This document shows positions 56,002 to 64,000 of a stretch of DNA of 64,000 bases, piece by piece. The stretch's first letter is position 1, and the number at the start of each line of letters is the position of its first letter. A model generated the notes under the pieces. The model was not told the DNA's origin and did not search any database. It was given only the letters and a program-made list of their open reading frames with translations. Origin of the DNA: Spirogloea muscicola (Eukaryota); assembly GCA_009602725.1 (NCBI GenBank), contig WELB01000004.1, forward strand, positions 1 to 64,000, given 5' to 3'. The translations under genes were made by a program, and so were the position numbers.

Positions 56002-57351
56002 ATGGGCTGCGTCGGCTCCAAGACCGACGACGACGACGACGGCAACGCCAGCGGCGGCGGCCGCGCCAACGGCGGCGCCGCCGGCGGCAAGGCTCGAGGT
56101 CCGTCTCCCGTTCCCCTGGCGGCAGCGCCATTCAGCGCAGCCCGCCTGGCCCGACGTTCCGGTCGCCGATGCGGCAGGCGCTGCCATCATCTGTGACACC
56201 TTTCACGCTTTGCAATGCTACGGTGGCTCTCGTGCCGGAGGCTGGACGCGCCTCGGTCTCGCCCGCAGCCGGAGCCTCTAGCGGCTCCGGCGGCGGAGAC
56301 GGCGGCGGCGGCGTCCCTTGCTGCTCTGGCGCTGAGCTCGGCACACCTCCGCCGACGGCTACGATGACTGCGGGCAGTGGCGGCGGCGGCGTGGCCTGCA
56401 GACGGGCCGCGCAAGAAGCTGAAGCGGCCCAAGCCGTGGAAGAGCCCTGAGCCGCTGACGCCTGCCCAGCTCCACCGCATGCGCGACGAGTTCTGGGACA
56501 CGGCGCCCGCATACGGCGGCCAGAAAGGTCAGCACCGCAGACTCGCGCGCCACTTCTGCTGTTGCCAGTGTCAGCCATGGACTCCTCGCTGATTGTCGAG
56601 ACAGATCGCACCGTCTGCATGCTGCACACCCCAGCGAGCGCCTCCGCGGGCCCACCTTGCTCATGCACAACACCGTCGTGATGCTTGCGTCACGTCAAGT
56701 CAATGCGGCGAGCTTCGGAATATAGCAGCCCTTCTTGGGCAGCAGGCTTTTGTTCGTTCTGTGAATCATGTCTGTCCATCTTGAGATTGGAAGCTGTTCT
56801 CCTTGCACCCGGCTTGCATGCGTCCCGTGCATTGTGGGCAACATTTGACTGTCCATGTGCCCTGCAGAGATATGGGACGCGCTCCGCGCGGCGGCCGAAG
56901 CAGACCTCCAGCTCGCGCAGGTCATTGTTGACAGTGCAGGCATCATCGTGGCATACGATGACCTCTCCACGTGCTACGACGAGCGGGGTACGCTGTTGGC
57001 ACCACCTCACCTTGGCAATCAGTATCTACTGCTATATCCAGCACCCACTCGTCAGCTGGCCGCTGCAGACTGTGCGGCTCGTGATATTGTCTCTTGTCAG
57101 GAGAGACACCATTTAGCAACACACTTGTGCAGAAAGACGTGCACAAGTCTGGAGGGCATGGGGCATTGCCAGCATACTGCTTGCATGAGTGCAATTGGTA
57201 ATCTGCAGGTAGGTGAAATTGGTAGTCCTGCACATTGTGTCGATCGCTCTGATGTAGCTTCTGTTGGTGAACCCCAGGAGCCAAATATGACCTGCCGAAC
57301 TTCGTACTGAGTGAGCCAACCAATATGGTGTCTGAGCCAGAGCAGTCCTGA
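56002..57351 (+). CDS. UBTD/DC-UbP-type ubiquitin-binding domain protein with an MGC N-terminus
   Basis: [24 protein letters not shown] and [19 protein letters not shown]; four exons. Confidence 0.9.
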
Positions 57352-58102
57352 CCCCCACAGCTGATCAGGAGGTGCTCATGCCAGCAGCCGTGTGACAAAT
57401 GCGTGCGGCAGCATGACCCGTCAGTGGGCTCCATCACCTTGAGCACTTGATGACCGGGATGATAGCCGCTTCTTCTAGCTTGCCTGCTTGTGGCTTGAAA
57501 GTGCAGCCAGCTGGTGCTAGTGGAAGACTGTGTGATAGTGACGATTTGAACCTCTATGTCTGGCAACAGATACCTACACCGTTATTCATTATTGTCCTCA
57601 GTGCAGTAATGGCTTCTCTTCAAAGTTGCAAGCTGTCATCCGCTTTATTGGCATGCAAGTGCCTTGTTTTGATAGGACTGGCTACCTTAGCCAGCATGCC
57701 TGCTACTGGCCCTTTGTGCAGGAGAGTTGCCACAGCCAAGCACTGTCTTCACCACCCAACATAGGCAGATATTACCTGCAGGCTCTGCGCAGAGCATGCG
57801 CTGCCGGTGACAGCTGCAGCGGGTGACAGCTGCAGCACTGCACAGCAGCCAGTTGGCCACCGAGCCCTTCATTGCAGCCCTGATCATGGGGGAGCACATG
57901 GGGGTGGAGGTAGAGCATTGGACTCACTAACACTGGCAGCGCGGCTGCTGTCAAAATGACCTCAGAGATGACGAGCTTCGATTGCCCCTCCACCAGTGGC
58001 TCGCACTGGCCACTCAAGAAGCGGTATGGTGTTGCAGAAGCCAAGGATTCACGTGAAAATGTGAGGCCCCAATTTGCTATGGGGTGAGTGAAGCGCTAGG
58101 GG

Positions 58103-59923
58103 TTAGGACTGTGATCTTGAGTCGCAGCTCCGTGCGAGCTCTTCACGGAAGAAGTTCGCAAACCGGCTCTGCTGGCCCGCAGTATTGACCCGCACATTGC
58201 GATCTGGTGAAACCAACCGCAGCAGTATGTCGCCTGTCTGCCTGCTGTGTCGCAGCAGCAGCTCAGCTGTCAGGATCTCGCGCTGCTCCTCCGTCAGGTC
58301 GCCATGAAAGCCCTGGCAGCAAGGCGGCTGTAACAAGTCAAATCCTGCAAAAGTCATGGGCTTCCCCTATACACAACTGTGGGGAATCGGATCTCGTGAG
58401 CATGTGCATTATTCCACAATGTCGTGAAAGGACAGAGCTTTTAGCATTGGCGGCTTACCTGCTGGGCAATTCGGCTGCGAGCTGCATGATGCAGAATGAT
58501 GCCAGCGGCGACGGAGATGTTGAATGAGTCCACCATGCCGCCGATTGGAATGCTGCACCGCACGTCCGAGAGCTGCACAGCTTTGTCACTCACGCCCCTG
58601 CAAAAGCCAAGGACGCCTGATGTATACTTCAAAGACCACTACCAACAGCACTGAAATTGAGAGGATCTGCTCCGAGCTAAAGGCAGAAATCTTACACGCA
58701 ACACAGCATGAAAGTTGCATTTTCCACGTGCTACATCTCAAGCTATGGAGAGTATACTAGACAACAAGGGCCACAGCTTGCAAGCTTCCCCCTCCAAGGT
58801 GCGTAGCTACTACACCAATGTGCTGGCAATTGCAGTAGCTGCAATTGAGGACTGGCAAGATGCAGAGACGCAGCAAGGCATAGAGAGCTGCGGGCGCACT
58901 CCTTCTCATTCCCGAGTATGATGGCGGTGGGAATGGTCCAGTCCATGTCGTAGATGGGGACCTGCAGCGCAGTCTCCAGCGAAGGCCTTTAAGATGCCGC
59001 AAGTGTCTGCCAGGAGCGCAAAGCAGCGCAATCATACCTCAGCGAAGATCCCACAAATTGCTGATTCATTCTTAGAAAACAATGGCTACAACACAGAGGC
59101 CAGCAAGGCTGTGGATCTCTCAGCAGTACTTCAGTTGCTGCAAACCCGTGCTATCCATGGGCCGCCTTTTCAGCGATGAGGATGTGAGCTCCCAGGCGGC
59201 CAGCAGGGCAGGAGCCGCCAGCCTACCGAGTCGGGGGCGATGACGGTGACAGCAATCCGGTAGCCACGAGCCCGCAGGCTGCGGATGCAGCTCTCGGTGC
59301 CCTCCCACAGCTCCACGTCCAGCCACTTGTCCGAGCCCATGCTCACGCTGCGGTTCTTCTTGAACCTGGGAGCCAGTGGCACACGCTGCTCAACGTCAAC
59401 GGCAGGGCGCAGGCTGACGACCGTACGCTTTGGCACAAATGTACGATGCAAATATCAGTACAGCTAGTACTGCATATGTTGGTGTGTATGAGATCCCATC
59501 TACAGCATGCAGTCTACCAAAGCGTGGACTGGGCAATGGGCACTGCGGCTTCGAGGCGGAAGGCCGGCTGGCGGTCCAAGCGAGCGAGGGCCGGCGGCGG
59601 CAGTCGCCGGTGGAGACGCACCGCTGGTTGCGGGCGGTGTCGATGACGTGGAGGCCCTGGCAGCCCAGCGCCTCGGCGGTGCGGCAGACGGCGCCGATGT
59701 TGCCCAGGTCCACCAGGCCCTCAACGACCGGCAGCACCGAGTACGTGCGGCCCGCCGCGACCCCCGCGATGCGCGCCCGCCGCTCGTCGCCCACGAACGG
59801 CGCCAGCATCGCCACCACCTGCGCCGCCGTCAACGGCGGCGCCGCGCCGTCGCCGCCGACGCGGAACTCGCCGCTGTGCGGGAAGATGGTGCAGGGACGG
59901 CCGCGCGCGGCGGCGGCGGCGGT
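58103..59923 (-). CDS. SpoU/TrmH family RNA 2'-O-methyltransferase; start in N gap
   Basis: VEGLVDLGNIGAVCRTAEALG, ILGNE..GVS and IPIGGMVDSFNISVAAGI. Confidence 0.92.
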
Positions 59924-61071
59924 NNNNNNNNNNNNNNNNNNNNNNNNNNNNNNNNNNNNNNNNNNNNNNNNNNNNNNNNNNNNNNNNNNNNNNNNNNNNN
60001 NNNNNNNNNNNNNNNNNNNNNNNNNNNNNNNNNNNNNNNNNNNNNNNNNNNNNNNNNNNNNNNNNNNNNNNNNNNNNNNNNNNNNNNNNNNNNNNNNNNN
60101 NNNNNNNNNNNNNNNNNNNCGCCCCGCCCGGGGCGCCGGGCCGCGCGGCGGAGGCTCCGGCGGGGCCCTGGCTCGGGCTGCGGCCGCGGCTGATGAGATA
60201 AATGCGGCTGCTAAGTATATTAACAGACGACGCAATTATCGAACGAGCGGCTGTGAAACAAAGCCAGCCATGTGCATACAGAGCGTGCTCTTCAGCATAT
60301 TAGCGGAGCCACAGATGAGAGAGAGGGTGCGCCGTGATGCATGGGATGCAGAAGGAAGCCCAATCCGAGCAATGCACAGAGCTGTCCTGCTGCTGAACAT
60401 GCCGCTTGCGCTGCGCAAGTATCACCGGTGGTGCTTCGCCCACTCGGCTGCTGCAACCTGGTCAGATAGCTGGAGTATTCCCAATAGCGCTAAGCATGCT
60501 CGCCTGTCCCACTGCATGCCAGGATTGCAGTAGATACTCCCAAAGGTGGAAGGGCTACAATGCAAGTGCTATTGCCGCTTCAAAGCCTGCGCAGGGAGCT
60601 TGCCAATATATCCTACGGGTCCACGCCTGCCTGCATCTGGATACAGCAAGCCGGATGAACAAGTTTGCCAAATTCAGCTGAGGCACCAGTCAGACACTCT
60701 GCAGAGCACCGCAGTTCAGTCCAACACAGACAATCTGTGTACACGTAGCTGATCAAAGAAGTTGCATCACAAGTCACAAGACGTGACAAGGTATGGGGTC
60801 CAGCACCAGATAGGTGACAATCAATCAATAAATGTGTACTGCAGTGCTTGCAGTACTTGCTTTGGCTGCAGTGTTGAAGCACTGTCCATGCGTGCTTGCC
60901 TACTGATTGGTACTTCTGATGCGCACAACTTGTGTGTCAATGTACATTAAATCAAGTCCCCCCTGGATACTTTGCTGTGCATGCATAAGGCAGCACAACT
61001 TCCTGACTTGCACCATGATCATTTAAATAAATTGACCAAGCAAGTCTCTAATGGAAGTTGCCAACTATCAC

Positions 61072-64000
61072 TCAAAGGCCTTGCAGCATCCCAGGGAGGG
61101 GTTTGTTTGCAGGGCTGGAGGCCTTGGGGCTGGAGGCCCGCTGTTTGCTTGATAGATGCTTCCATCGTGCTGTGTTCTTCATTTTGGTATTTTGGCCAAA
61201 AGCAGAAGACGCCTGCAGATGACAAAGGCAAGTGTCACATGGCTAGTAGAGGACACCTGCAGAAAGGTGTACTAAAGACGCTGCGCAGATGACTGCAGAA
61301 GGAAAGAAGCCTGGAGGTATGTCATTTGTTCGTTTTTAGAGTGTCACCTGTGCCCGTGGTCGGAACAGGCGGCTACGGTGCTCGTTGATAAGCTGATCTG
61401 CAAACCATGACAAGCGCTCCTCGTTGGTATGGTCAAGCTCTTCATATCTTCCTGTCCTGGGTAGTGAAAACATCAGTGTCATCTGTCAGATCATGTCACC
61501 AGGACCAGCTGACCTTGAGAAAGCAGTAGATGATGAGCGCCCTGCCAAATTCTTGAGCTGTGCTGCACAGAGGTGAGACGACTAGGCCCAAAGCTGCATG
61601 AAGGTTTTCATGGAGTGTCCCCGTCTTGCCAGTGAGTGTACCTCGTCATCTGTGTGGCCTTCTCCTTCAGGACCTCGTCCGCAAGGTCAAAGAGGAGCTT
61701 CACATTCTTGGGCGTCGGATTATCCATGGCCTTAGTGGTGCCGGGCAGCTTTTTGACCTGCTTGCAAAGTGCTTCAATGAGAGCATAGCAACTTCGTCTT
61801 CATGTGTGCCAACAGCAGCTTGTGAGAGTTGTAAGGGTTTAGGGTTGGGGTTCAGGGTCAAACGCATCTGTGAGATGGAGAGATGAGCTGGACCTGAATT
61901 CGGAAGTAGTCCAAAGGAGTATCAAGCAGGCGCATGATAGCTGCTACTATGTACTCCGTGATGTGGCTGGAGCTGTTAAACATGATCTCTATCAACGGCT
62001 GCACCCAAGCCAGCTGCCCCCAGTTCCGCACATCCTGCTTACATGCGCACATGGGCCAGTCAGTAGTCCAGTACTTGGATTACTGTGTCCAGGGTCTGGT
62101 ATGATGACTATGAGGACATTCAGTCTTAGACACAAGTAGCAAGGTAGTGAAGGTTCTGTGCTCTGGCAAAGCCCATATCCACACTACTTGGAAGTTAAAT
62201 TTGAGTGTTGCGGTCGCTTACCATGTACGTGTACCGCGTGGCCTCTTCGCCGGTCCCAATTGAGAGGACCAGCTTGCTTTGCAGCTGGGCGTGGCGCCCC
62301 TTGTCGTGGCCCCTGACGTCCGGAAAGACTTCAGGATTTATGTCCACCCACTCAACTGCAACCTGCTCTCAAGCCGCGAACAGCGGATGTAGCATTGGAC
62401 AAGCTGGCCAAAACCAGCACGTGTAATACGTGCAGGCTACCTCTTGGCTTGCTCACATCCAGATCAGCAGCTTGAAGCCAAGCCTTGCAACTTGCCACCC
62501 AACAGTGGTGCAAGCCCCAGTGCTCTCACTCTCACGCCAAGACAACGTAGACCTCAACCCTCTACTGGCATGGGTGCCCTTTGAGTGAGGCGTCTTTGAC
62601 TAGCAATGACTAGACTGGCTGCCGAGCAGATGAGAGGTCATAGCCAGCTTGCCTCCAAGGCATGTAGAAGCCTACAACAAGCACCCCAGTCTAGCAGACA
62701 GAAGTGGCACAAGCGGTGCTTGCCAGTGTGGGGTTGTTGACCACCAAGCCACCATCGATGCACACATTCTGGGTGACGCCATCACACGCGGTGATGGGGG
62801 CAGGCCTGAAGTAGGTGGGTGCTGCCGAGGTAGATCTGAAGCAGAAAGTGACAATGTGAGCTGACTAGTCATATAAACGGAGTGATGACAATTGATGACT
62901 GACAGGAATACCAACTGCTGACGATAAGGCTCGAGGATGGAGCTTCTGCAGAATAAGATTGACCAATTGGCTACTGATATTTACCTGCAGACATCAACAA
63001 GTCGGTAGTTGCACCGCTCCAACCTCTTGGCAATGTCCTGGATGAAGAATTGGGGGCTGGCGGAGGCGCAATCCCATGCAGGAATCATGCAAGGCTGCCA
63101 GAGAGCAATGAATGCAGGCTGAGTCAGTGTCCCATAAGCTGCGCGTTGTCACGCCACTGCAGCAATGCAGGCCCAATACGAAGGTGACGGGTCGGCTGCA
63201 CTTTGGGAAGGTAGGCAAGGCCCGTAGAAGTGTGAATAGGCAACCTTGAGCAGCTCCTTGAGGGTGATGTAATTGCCGTCAGGGTGACGAAGGTGAGCCT
63301 CAAGGAGTGCCTCGTACTTGCGCGCGCTGTACTTGGGCCGCAGTATGTTCTTGATCGCCTGCAGCGGGCCGCAGAGCTTCTGGGGGAAGATGAGCGCGCC
63401 GTGGTGCTCGATGAACTGGCACGCCTCCTCCGCCGTGTACTTGGGCCGCCCGTCCTCCCCGGGCGTGAGGAGCATGACGGTCAGCAGGCCGCCGACTGAC
63501 GTGCCGGCAAAGAGGTCGAAGTAGTCTGCGGGTATTGGGAGTGGACGCAGTCAGTGGCAGCGCACCTATGCTGAGAATGCGAGCCTCAGCCACGCAGCGT
63601 AGCCTTGCAAAGCCTTTCCCGTACTGAGATCATCGTTGCAACGGCAGCTCAGCCTTGGCTTTGACGGTAGCGGGAGCTCCGAGGCCCTGGCCATGGACGG
63701 GCAAAGGCGGCGGACCGGCGATGCGCGTGGACGAGTGGCCCGACTTCTGCTGCAGCAGCGCCTCGAGGCGCGCCAGGATGCGCGCGGGGATGCAGCCGCG
63801 GATGCCGCCGCCGTCGATGGACAGCACGCACACGCGCCCGTAGGTGCGCCGCTCCTCCGCGTCCGTGGCGGCTTCCGACGGCGCCGGCCCCAGCGGCGGC
63901 TGCAGCGGCGGCGGCGGCTTCCCGCGGCTCGCCCGGACGTCGGGGTCGCCTGCCGACGGCAGGCCTTCGGCGAAGGCCTCGTGCTCGCCGCCATTGCCAT
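61072..64000 (-). CDS. Patatin-like phospholipase; alternative stop possible at 61336
   Basis: LSIDGGGIRG, FAGTSVGG (GxSxG), DGGLVVNNP and LSIGTG motifs. Confidence 0.92.

Noticed and set aside
61834..61858. Telomere-like GGGTTTAGGGTTGGGGTTCAGGG in a patatin intron
   Set aside because: Only one perfect unit; too short to distinguish from chance.

Overview
Gene-dense eukaryotic nuclear DNA with spliced, land-plant-like genes, most consistent with a streptophyte green alga (inference). About 17 nuclear genes are visible: RraA-like, TBL/PC-esterase-like, DUF2415 WD40, type II H+-PPase, BLOS2, kelch, RPS23, BET3, DUF2358-like, CysRS, ADNT1-like carrier, two mTERFs, a small thylakoid protein, CHMP1, UBTD, SpoU methyltransferase and patatin. 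Three accessory layers stand out. (1) Many 5'-truncated copies of a CRE-like, restriction-like-endonuclease non-LTR retrotransposon lie only in intergenic DNA upstream of gene starts. They show a 45-bp target-site duplication, a ~174-bp identical copy pair and several distinct 3' tails. (2) A 3.3-kb mitochondrial insertion (nad5, trnL, trnL, trnH, rpl10, nad9) ends in an in-frame nad9-sdh3 chimera joined to a retroelement fragment. (3) A 654-bp pogo-like TIR element is present. Exon boundaries were read by eye, and several gene starts fall in N gaps.
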